Below are positions 24,387 through 35,126 of a stretch of 64,000 nt of DNA, one piece after another (the stretch's first letter is position 1; each line of letters opens with the position of its first letter). The stretch is taken from positions 133,443-197,442 of the forward strand of contig JAAOMT010000484.1 in NCBI GenBank assembly GCA_016748015.1, given 5' to 3'. The notes below the pieces were generated by a model. That model saw only the letters and a list, made by a program, of their open reading frames with translations, was not told the DNA's origin and ran no database searches. The translations under genes were made by a program, and so were the position numbers. This DNA comes from Geosiphon pyriformis uo1. Taxonomy: Eukaryota; Fungi; Glomeromycota.

Positions 24387-25018
24387 TGTTATGGTTGAAA
24401 CTCATAATTTTAATTAGTTATTACATGTATTAGTCACTGATGTCATATAATTAGCCACTCTATTTTTAGATAGTAATCATTGACCTGGTCATTGACCACT
24501 TTCAATAGTTATATAAGCAATGAGTCTCTTAGCTGTAGAAAATCATCTCTTAGACAAGAATCAAATAAATAAAAATAACAACTTTCATCTCAATTACTCT
24601 CTTATCACTAATTTCCCTTTCCCTACCTTTAAGTATTCGAACATCTTTTGGATAAAAGATTACTTGTTGGCACTTTCCTGAAACGTGTAATTACAGTATT
24701 TGAAGATTATTTAAATAAACGTGACTGAAAAGCACAAGTTGATACCTGATATTGAATTTTAAGAGTGTCGACGTAAGGCATAGAATTATACCAATGGTTA
24801 TCAATTGTTGACAGTATGGACTATCCCTCTACCTTCAGATTCCTTTGTTACCTTTTGAAAAGAATAGCGACTGAGATATTTTATGAGACTGATCTCACAC
24901 ATTGAATCCATACTCATTCAATTTGCTCATTAAAATTGAATCCCCTTTGATTATTTCCATCATCCTACAATCCTGTTCTCCTTTGCTATCCATTAACTTG
25001 TTACTCTAACTTGTAACA
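24387..25018 (+). mobile_element. Solo family A LTR inserted in opposite orientation in the A2 5' LTR, TSD ATAT
   Basis: ATAT at 24383-24386 and 25019-25022. Confidence 0.93.
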
Positions 25019-25327
25019 ATATTTCTTTGATTGTTGGGAACATACATTTCTACAACTAAGAGACTCATTGCTTATATAGCTATGAAAAGTGGTCAATGAC
25101 CAGATCAATGATCAGGTCAATAATCAGGTCAATGGTTAGGTCATTGATCAGGTTAATAATCAAGTTAATAATCAGGTTAACAGTCAGGTCATTGATCAGG
25201 TCAATGATTACTATCTATAAATAGGTTGGCTAATTATATGATATCAGTGGCTAATACATGTGATAACTAATAAAAAAATCTTCAAAACATCTTGCAAATT
25301 ATTAAAACTTTTTCTCTCCTAAATTTC

Positions 25328-27317
25328 ATGACCACAAATAGAGCTAAGAGTAAAAAAGTTGCAAACATTACTTTTCTTATAGTAACTAATAAAGTTTCAA
25401 CACAAGAGGGTCTCTCTGTTATTGAAGCAGCTAGACAAAACATTCTGGCAACATTTCCTTTAAAAAATAATAGTAATAAGCTGTCTTTAGCAGCTTCTGG
25501 TTTATTTTCTTCACCTTTGGCTGGTAGTTCTTCCCCAGTCAAAGTTCCTTCAAAAAAACACACTTGGGTTAGTTCTAGTGTTGTCTCCACTACTTCAAAA
25601 AGCCCAAAGATTTTTAATAACAGGCCAGTCAACAAGTTGGTCTTTCCTGCTCTTACTACTCTCACTATTACTTCTACTACTACTGCTTCACAAATGGCTG
25701 TGAAAGCTAAAAATTCCAAAAAACAGCAGCAGGCAGTCACAACTGCTATGATCACACCAAACTCCTTTATGGTTCCAGATGAGATCTTCAGTAAGATTTC
25801 CACAGCAGCAGCCAGCCCTATTCTTGATATGGATGGCAACAGCAGTGGCACATCTCCCAAGATGGGCCAAGATCAACCACTGGCTGTGTTGCCTGATGTG
25901 GTATTCTCCAGCAGATCATCACCAATCCCAATAGCAAAACAGTCCATCAATCCAGATGATCTCAAAGATTGGGCTAATCAGATGGAAATAGAATCAACTG
26001 TTCTCTCCCCAGTTTCTGGTGCATCTGATGCTGGTGCTTGGGTGAATGTGAATGGACGTCAAAGGTTCTCTGGTTGGGTGGCCTCCAATCTTGTGCCTGG
26101 TGCTATGTTTAAGATCAAGATGGCTTTGCTCAGTTCTTTGTTTCAGTTGCTGCCTGGTTGTATTGGGCTTAAATCTGTTTCACAAGATGCTGTCAAGTTG
26201 TTCTGTGTGGAATTTGCATCTCAGGAGTGTCTAAATAGTGCTACCAAAGTGGCTATTAGTGATGAGGTTTTTTTGACTACTTTTAAGATTGCACGGTCTT
26301 CAGGAGTGGCCTCTGTTTCTTCCCCTTCTTTGTCAGTTGCACTGTGTGATGTACCCTTGGGTGCTTCTTCTAATGACATCAAATCTGCTCTTGGCATTTT
26401 TGGTGTTGTCACTTCTGTTAAGTTGAAGCCTGCTGGCTTATGGCAATATGCTGTGATTAACTTTAAAGACACTTCTTCTGCTGCTGCTGCTCTCTCTAAC
26501 TGGTCTGTGTTGGTCAGAAAAGATAGTGTTAGGATTCTTCTCATTGCCAACCAAAAGGAGATTATTGTCTCAAGAGATGCTTTCAAAGCTAAGCTGGTTA
26601 ATCTTCCATTTGGCTGTACTGCATTTGAGATAAGTGATCTGGTCTCCCAAGTTGGTGGCTGTACGTGTTTCATTCCCCACTCCCCTGATTCCTATTGATG
26701 TCAACGCTTTGCAGTAGTGACCTTTGGCTCTTTGGAATCTTTAAATGCTGCTGTTTCAAAAACTGGTACCTTATGTGGCTGCCGCATCTAGTGGGAAACT
26801 CTTGGATGTCATCGCTGCTATAGATGTCAAAGTTTGGATCATTTGGCTGTGGACTGCAAGGTGTTGCCACCTCTCCCTCCCAAACTCTCTTTTAATTCTG
26901 CTGGTAGTCCTGTCTTTCTCAAGTTATCTCTTGTTGGAGCTAAATCCTACGCCAAAGCTGCCATCTCTGTGGTTCCTTCTGTTGCTGCTGTTGTTGATAC
27001 AGGTCTGGCTTTTAGTATGTCCTCCAAAGTTGTGGGGCCGCTGTTGCCGGTTGCCTCTTCTGGTTCAGATGTTGCTGTTAATGCTAGATTGGCTTCTCTG
27101 GAAACCCAACTTAGTGAACTGTCTTTGTTGATCAAATCTATAGTTGAGCCTATGGGTTCTTTGGTTGTATTGGTTACTACATTATTGTCTACTCTACCAG
27201 TTATGGGAAACCAAATTAAGGCTGTTCGTGCTGTGGCTTCTGTGCTGCAAAAAGAAGTGGGGGCCCTCAAGTTAAGGAGTGGGAAGGTACACTATAACAT
27301 ATCTGATGATGAAGACA

Positions 27318-27382
<65 letters not shown>

Positions 27383-27601
27383 AGTGATGCTAAAGATTTT
27401 TTGGTCTATGATAATACATTTGATGCAATGATGGAGTTATGGGAAGTTCAATCCTTTAATATCAAGTCCAATCCAGATCAGACAGCTAAGTGGATGAGCA
27501 GTCTTGTTAAGAGTAGTTATGAACTGGTATGCATTATGGGTAAGAGATATAAATTAGATATGTTTAATACATTAGATAGCAAAGGTAGTACTAGCATGTA
27601 G
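25328..27601 (+). pseudogene. H2 ORF1-like protein (S/T/P-rich N-terminus, RRM-like domains, CCHC knuckle, coiled coil, poly-Asp)
   Basis: ORFs 25292-26698 and 26834-27601 share one frame. CYRCQSLDHLAVDC knuckle. Homologous to the LINE ORF1 at 52289-52990. Confidence 0.85.
27320..27382 (+). repeat. (GAT)21 microsatellite encoding poly-Asp
   Basis: Read directly. Shorter and imperfect in other H copies. Confidence 0.95.
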
Positions 27602-27770
27602 TTAGGGCTTTCTGCTTGTGGTTAGCTGCATCTTGTAATATGTATTATTGGGTGAGCTGGTTTTATGAAACTGCCACATTACTGTGGACTAACTAATAAA
27701 CGACTGGTGTGGCTACACATTAACAAAAAAAAAAGATAACTAATAAAAACTATAAGTTTCAACTGTAACA

Positions 27771-28406
27771 CTAGGTTGGCTTCTCTTGAATCCCATTTTA
27801 GTGAACTATTTGTGTTGATTAAATCCTTAGTTGAATCTGTTAGTGCTCTGGTTGCATTGGTTACCAAATTGCTGTCTACTCCATCTGTCATGAATGTGTC
27901 AGTTAAGGAATATGTGGATGAGTTGGCTAAGCAAAATAAAGGCTTGGCTGCTGTTGCCACCATAATACAGAAAAGAATGACACATCTTGAGAAAATATGT
28001 GAATGAGTTTGCTTGGACATAGTTGATAATGTTGATGATGATAATAATGGAAAAAAAGACTTTTCAATTTATGATAACACCTTTGATGTTATGATACATC
28101 TATGGAAAGATCAGCCTTTCTGAATTAAATCCAGCTCTAATCAGATTGCTAAGTAGATGAGTGGTATGGTTAAGAATAGTTATAAGCTTGTTAGCATTAT
28201 GGGTAAGATGTATAAATTAAATATGTTTGATACATTAGGTAGCAAAGGTAGTACTAGTGTGTAGTTAGGGCTTTTCACTTGTGGTTAGCCACATCTTGTG
28301 ATTTTGTATTATTAGGTGAACTGGCTTTATGAAAATGTCATGCTTTTTGAGTATAGTTAAACTAATAAAAGATCAGTGTGGCTACACATTAACAAAAAAA
28401 AAAAAA
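27771..28406 (+). mobile_element. H3, 3' fragment (H1-type subfamily) with poly(A) at 28394-28406
   Basis: LASLESHFSEL...LAKQNKGLA homology. Cut on the left by the A2 LTR. Confidence 0.85.
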
Positions 28407-28779
28407 GTAGTAGTAGTGGAAGTAATAAAAGTAGGAAAGACCAACTTGTTGACTGGTCTGTTATTAAAAATTTTTGGGCTCTTAAAAACAGTAGAGACAA
28501 CACTGGAACTAACCCGAGTGTGTCTTTTGGAAGGAACTTTGACTGGAGAAGAACTACCACCCAAAGGTAAAAAAAATGAACCAAAAGTTGCTAAAGGCAG
28601 CTTATCACTAGTATTATTTAAAGGAAATGTTGTCAGAACATTTTGTCTAGCTGCTTCAATAACAGAGAGACCCTCTCGTGTTGAAACTTTATTAGTTACT
28701 ATAAAAAAAATAATGTTTGCAACTTTTTTACTCTTAGCTCTATTCGTGGTCATGAAAATTAGGAGAGAAAGAGTTTTTT
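28407..28779 (-). mobile_element. H4, 5' fragment
   Basis: A6-CTCTTTCTCTCC leader and ATG at 28753 (MTTNRAKSKK). Interrupted by H3. Confidence 0.85.
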
Positions 28780-28797
28780 AATTTTACATCTTATTCA

Positions 28798-30393
28798 GAT
28801 TAACTAAATATTTCTTTAGAGATTGCAACAATCTTCTTCTGTCTCCTCCAGCTCCTAGAAATAATGATAACTAAAACAATAAAACCAACAACAACAATAT
28901 TTCCAATTAAAGACCCAATCATGCCAACATCAATTTTTTTGGAGAGGATTCCCTAGTTAAAGCCACTGTTTATCAGTCTTTAAACTGGTAAGTGCACCTC
29001 CAAAAAATAAAAGTACAAGTCAACCAGAAAAAACTTTTTTTATACTTTTAATCTAACTAATGATGACCATAATATAGATAAACTAGCAATCAACAAGAAA
29101 AAAAAAGAAAGCCAAAGTTGATTTTGCTCTTGACCTCAATAAAGCTTTCCCATCAACTGCTAATAACAATAAGCTACTAAAGACTAAAGTTTTTAAAAAA
29201 CCTCTAAAGTTAAAATTCCAAGAAATAGCACAAAAATCTGGTTCTTATTTTGTTGTCAAAAATTTCATGAAAACTCTAGTTCACATTATCTTTGGCCAAT
29301 TAATAACCCATCCACAGTTCAGAAAAAATCTTCACAAATTCTTGATCCTAAAAAAAAAGTCATTAAAAACCAACAAACACTCTTGTCAAGCTAGACTTAC
29401 TAACAACAGCAATGTTACTCTTCTGATTTGCAAAGCCCAAGTGGCTGGCTATTTTATTGATCTGATCTTAAACAGTGAATCTTCTGTAAGTGTCATTGCC
29501 AAACATTTCTTTGAAGCAATTGGTAGAAAAATTGATGAATTTTTAACTAAACCAATGACTAATATACACAGTAACAAAAAAAAAAGCCTGGACATATAGC
29601 CAAAGCTGTTTCTGTTTGTATTAATGGTGTTACAGGTTGGAGTAACAAGCTAATGGATAGCAAGAGAGAACAGGATTGTAGGGTGATGAAAATAATCAAA
29701 GAGGATTCAACTTCAATAAGCGAATTGAATGAGTATGGATTCAATGTGCGAGATCAGTCTCATAAAATATCTCAGTCATTATTCTTTTCAAAAGGTAACA
29801 AGGGAATCTGAAGGTAGAGGGATAGTCCGTACTGTCAATAATTAATAACCACTGGTACAATTCTATGCCTCACGTCGGCACTCTTAGAATTCAATATCAG
29901 ATATCAACTTGTGCTCTTCAGTCACATTTATACAAATAGTCTTTAAATACTACAATTATTCAAACAGGAAAAGGCCAACAAGTAATTTTTTATCCTAAGA
30001 TGTTCAGATACTTGAAGGTAGAGAAAGAGAAATTAGCGATAAGAGAGTGATTAAGATGAAAGTTGTTATTTTTATTTATTTGATTCTTGTCTGAGAAATG
30101 ATTTTCTATAGCTAAGAGACTCATTGCTTATATAGCTATTAAAAGTGGTCAATGACCAGGTCAATGACTAGGTCAATGATCAGGTTAATGATCAGGTCAA
30201 TAATCAGGTCAATGATCAGGTCAACAGTCAGGTCATTGATCAGGTCAATGATCACTATCTAAAAATAGAGTGGCTAATTATATGACATCAGTGACTAATA
30301 CATGTAATAACTAATAAAAATTATGGGTTTCAACCATAACAATGGCATCAGTATTGAAACTGACATAAAAGTATCTGAAGCAAAAGAATACAC
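28798..30393 (+). pseudogene. Old family A fragment (gag end, frameshift site, protease) carrying a solo LTR
   Basis: Homology to gag C-terminus, TTTAAAC at 28979-28985, ICKAQVAGYFIDLIL. Confidence 0.85.
29628..30341 (-). mobile_element. Solo family A LTR, 4-bp TSD ATGG
   Basis: ATGG at 29624-29627 and 30342-30345. Confidence 0.93.
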
Positions 30394-30482
30394 TGTTACA
30401 GTTGAAACTTATACTTCTTATTAATTATCACATGTATTAGCCACTGATGTCATATAAAGTAGCCACTCTATTTTTAGAAAGT

Positions 30483-30548
30483 GATCATTGATCTGATTAA
30501 TGACCTGATTATTGACCTGATCATTGACCACTTTTGATAGCTATATAA
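30483..30548 (+). promoter_or_regulatory. Putative LTR promoter: 12-bp repeats followed by TATATAA (30542-30548)
   Basis: Same arrangement in nearly all A LTRs, with AATAAA about 60 nt downstream. Confidence 0.55.
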
Positions 30549-31895
30549 GCAATAAATTTCTTAGCTGTAGAAAAGCATGTAAAAATCAATGTAAGAATCA
30601 AAAAAATAAATAAATATAATAACAACTTTCATCTTAATCATTCTCTTATCACTAATTTTTCTTTCCCTATTTTTAAATATCTGAACATCTTGGAATAAAA
30701 AATTACTTGTTGGTTATTCCTTACCCTTTTCCTAAAATGTGTAATTGCAGCATTTGAAGATTATTGAAAAAAACATGACTAAAGAGTACATTTAATACCT
30801 AATATTGAATTCTAAGAGCATTGACATGAAGCATAGAATTATACCAATGTGTGATCATTTGTTGACAGTATGGACTATCCCTCTACCTTCAGATTCCCTG
30901 GTTATCTTTTGAAAAGTATAGCAACTGAGATATTTTATGAGACTAATTTCACACATTGAATCCATACTTATTCAATTTGCTCTTTGAAGTTGAATTCCCT
31001 TTGATCTCTTTCATTACTCTACAATCCTGTTCCCCCTTGTTATCTGTTAGCTTGTTATTCCAAACCATAACATAAAAGTGGTGCTCCCTGTAAGGTTGTC
31101 AAAATCCACTTTGTTTCCTATTGTATGGGTGATTATTTATACCTGCCACAACAATCAAAAGAATACTTTAAAGCACACAACAAAAACGATCTAAACTTTA
31201 TTGAACTTAATCCTTTGCCCTTCTGCTTGATTTGCTTTCCTATTAAAAAACAATCCAGTAGACAATTCCAAAACTTTTGAAACTGGTTTCTGAATAAAAA
31301 TTCAGCTGAAATCTATACAGTCTATACAACTTATTACTTTGATCAAGCTTATTTTAAAGACAACTTTAAAGAAAGAAACAACAGCATCAATCAGCTTTTA
31401 TATTCGACAATCTTTGAACAACAGCCTCCTGATTTCAAATACTTGAATCATCAAATTCACATCTGGATTGCTGCTTACCAATTAGCTGAAACTCTCTTTG
31501 AAACAAAAGAAGAAAGTTATCAAACTGCTTCTGTTTTTGATTTTTTCTTAAGTAAATCAGAACATTCTACACAAACAGTTACTCCTGAACCAATGGCTAA
31601 TGACTCTATGCAAACAAACATCCTGGCTACTCTTCAGGATATACAAACTGCTTTGGGAAGAAGAAACAACACTCCATTACCCTTGTTTAGAAGTGATGCA
31701 CAAGATCCAATTAAATAGTTAAATGACTTTGAAAGAGCTGTCACAGCCAACCAATATGATAATAAATATAAGTTCCAAATTGTTGGTGGCTACCTTCAAG
31801 ACTTTTTTGCTACTTGGTTCTCACAAAAAACCAATGCCAACACTTAGCAAAGAATCATTAGATGGGCACCAGCAAATGCTGAAAAAGACAACACC

Positions 31896-34333
31896 TTTTT
31901 TTTTTTTTTTTTTTTTTTTTTTTGTTAACATGTAGCCACGCCAGTCATTTATTAGTTACTCCATAGTAATGTGGCAGTTTCATAAAGCCAGTTCACCCAA
32001 TAATACATATTACAAGATGCGGCTAATCACAAGCGGAAAGCCCTAATTACACACTAGTACTATCTTTGCTACCTAATGTATTAAACATATCTAATTCATA
32101 CATCTTACCCATAATGCATACAAGTTTATGACTATTCTTAACAAGACTGCTCATCCACTTAGCAGTCTGATCTGGATTGGACTTGATATTAGAGGATTGA
32201 ACCTCCCATAACTCCATCATCACATCAAATGTATCATCATAGACTAAAAAATCTTTAGTATCACCATCATCATCATCATTATCATCATTCATGTCTTCAT
32301 CAGATATGTTATAGTGTACCTTTCCACTTCTCAACTTGAGAGCCCCCACTTCCTTTTGCAGCACAGAAGCCACAGCACAAACAGCCTTAATTTGGTTTTC
32401 CAATCCAATCACACTTTCCTTCATTGCCTCTGCCATAACTGGTGGAGTAGACAATAACATAGTAACCAATGCCACCAAAGAACCTACAGGCTCAACTATA
32501 GATTTGATCAACAAAGACAATTCACTAAGTTGGGTTTCCAGAGAAACCAATCTAGCATTAACAGCAACATCTGAACCAGAGGAGGCAACCAGCAACAGTG
32601 GCACCACAACTTTGGAGGAGGTACTGAAAGCCAGACCCGTATCAGCAGCAGCAGCAACAGGAGGAACCACAGAAGTGGCAGCTTTGGCATAGGATTTAGC
32701 TCCAACAAGGGATGACTTGAAAATGATGGGACCACCAGCAGAATTAGAAGAAAGTTTGGGAGGGAGAGGTGACAACACCTTGCAGTCCACAGCCAAATGA
32801 TCCAAACTTTGACATCTATAGCAGTGATGACATCCAGGAGTTTCCCACCAGATGCAGCAGCCACGTAAGGTACCAGTTTTTGAAACAGCAGCATTTAAAG
32901 ATTCCAAAGAGCCAAAGGTCACCACTGCAAAGCGTTGACATCAATAGGAATCAGGGGAGTGGGGAATAAAACACGTACGGCCACCAACTTGGGAGACCAG
33001 ATCACTTATCTCAAATGCAGTGCAGCCAAATGGAAGATTAACCAGCTTAGCTTTGAAAGCATCTCTTGAGGAGATAATCTTCTTTTGGTTGGCTATGAGA
33101 AAAATCCTAACACTATCTTTTCTGACCAACACAGACCAGTTAAAGAGAGCAGCAGCCACAAAAGAAATGTCCTTAAAGTTAACCACAGCATATTGTCATA
33201 AGCCAGCAGGCTTCAACTTAACAGAAGTGACAACACCAAAAATGCCAAGAGCAGATTTGATGTCATCAGAAGAGGCACCCAAGGGTACATTGCACAGTGC
33301 AACTGACAAAGAAGAGGAAGAAACAGAAACCACTCCTGAAGACCGTGCAATCTTAAGAGTGGTCAAAAAAACCTCATCACTAATGGCCACCTTGGTAGCA
33401 CCGTTTAGACACTCCTGAGATGCAAATTCCACACAGAACAACTTGACAGCATCTTGTGAAACAGATTTAAGCCCAATACAACCAGGCAGCAACTGAAACA
33501 AAGAACTGAGCAAAGCCATCTTAATCTTAAACGTAGCACCAGGTACAAGATTGGAGGCCACCCAACCAGAGAACCTTTGATGCCCATTCATATTCTCCCA
33601 AGCACCAGCATCAGATGCACCAGAAACTGGGGGGGAACAGTTGATTCCATTTCCATCTGATCAGCCCAATCTTTGAGATCATCTGGATTGATGGGCTGTT
33701 TTGCTACTAAGATTGGCGATGATCTGCCAAAGATTACCACATCAGGCAACACAGCCAGTGGTTGATTTTGGCCCATCTTGGGAGATGTGCCGCTGCCATT
33801 GCCATTCATATCAGGAATAGGGCTGGCTGCTGCTGTGGAAGATCTCATCTGGAACCACAAAGGGGTTAGGTGTGACCATAGCAGTTGTGACTGCCTGCTA
33901 CTGTTTTTTGGAATTTTTCACTTTTGTGGTCATTTGTGAAGCAGTAGTAGTAAAAGTAGTAGTAGGAGTGGTGAGAGCAGGAAAGACCAACTTGTTGACT
34001 GGTCTGTTATTAAAAATCTTTGGGCTCTTTGAAGTGGTAGAGACAACACTAGGACTAACCTGAGTGTGCTTTTTTAAAGGGACTTTGACTGGAGAAGAAC
34101 TTCCAGCCAAAGGAGAAGAAAATGAACCAGAAGCCGCTAAAGGCAGCTTATTACTATTATTTTTTAAAGGAAATGTTGCCAGAATATTTTGTCTAGCTGC
34201 TTCAATAACAGAGAGACCCTCTTGTATTGAAACTTTATTAGTTACTATAGGAAAAGTAACGTTTGCAACTTTTTTACTCTTAGCTCTATTCGTGGTCATG
34301 AAATTTAGGAGAGAAAGAGTTTTTTTTTGTCTT
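31896..34333 (-). mobile_element. ORF1-only element H5, full length
   Basis: T28 tail at 31896-31923, TSD AACACCTTTTTT (from 31890; 34334-34345), ATG 34299, stop 32047. Confidence 0.93.
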
Positions 34334-35087
34334 AACACCTTTTTTACTACCCAGTTTGAAATAAAATTTAGAATTTCTATTTTGATATCTAAATGGTACA
34401 TAGAACTAGAAAGAAGAACCCAACATCCTGGTGAAGTGGTAACTGAATATGTCAAAGCCATCAGAAAGTTAATTAAAAGACAGAAGAACAAAAAATTCAT
34501 TTCTTTACAAAAAGATTAAGAACAGATCTGTCCTATGCTTTTTGGTCCCTCCTGGCCCTAAAAAAAAATCTCACAATAGACATGGCCATTGAACTTGCTC
34601 AACGAATTGAAGACAACCAAAGAATGCATTTGGGATTCACACTTCCAGTTTTTGCTCCTGTTCCTGTTATGGCCTCTGCTCCTTAAATGGCTACCACTTC
34701 TTTTACTGCCCAAACTCCAGATTCCAATGAACAATTGATAGATAGACTCACAGCCAATCTTGCCCATTTATTAGAACCCTTAGCTCAAGCAGTCAAAGAA
34801 AATCAACAATCTCAAAGACCCAAATTTGAACCCCATTTTAATCAACCCCAGCAACCCCCTTATTAAAGACAACAAAATCATGGCCCACCTGTGTGTTATT
34901 GCTGTGGATTAACTGAACATTTCTTCAGAAATTATAACAATCCTTTCCTGCCTCCTCCAGCTTCCAGAAACAATGACAATCAAAACAACAGAATCATCAA
35001 CAACAATGTCCCCAACCAAAGACCCAATCATGCCAACATCAATTTCTTTGAAAAGGATCCCTTAGTTGAAGCCACTGTTTATCAGCC

Positions 35088-35126
35088 TTTAAACTGGTAG
35101 GTGCACCTCCAAAGGGTGAGAGTGCA
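35088..35126 (+). promoter_or_regulatory. Putative -1 ribosomal frameshift signal (T TTA AAC plus downstream stem TGCAC/GTGCA)
   Basis: Heptamer lies in the gag frame two codons before the stop. The -1 frame reads FKLVGAPPKGESASQPE into pol. Conserved in five copies. Confidence 0.75.

Larger units (their letters stand above)
25277..27734 (+). mobile_element. ORF1-only element H2, full length
   Basis: 15-bp TSD GATAACTAATAAAAA (25262-25276, 27735-27749), ATG 25328 to TAG 27601, poly(A) tail. Confidence 0.93.
17291..27770 (-). mobile_element. Family A copy A2 (3' LTR lost; 5' LTR 23927-27770 interrupted by a solo LTR and H2)
   Basis: ORF3 part, IN, RH, RT, PR (20873-22237), gag (22321-23874), decayed PBS and LTR termini. 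Confidence 0.92.

Noticed and set aside
26745-27131. Hydrophobic 128-aa +1-frame ORF recurring in six H copies
   Set aside because: Leu-richness follows from GCT/GTT/TCT codons of the main frame, and recurrence reflects copy identity. No independent evidence of coding.
35077-35114. 38-nt GT..AG mini-intron that would also fuse gag to pol in frame
   Set aside because: Very short, with a poor donor (GTTTAT). The slippery heptamer is the simpler explanation, though RNA-seq is needed to exclude splicing.
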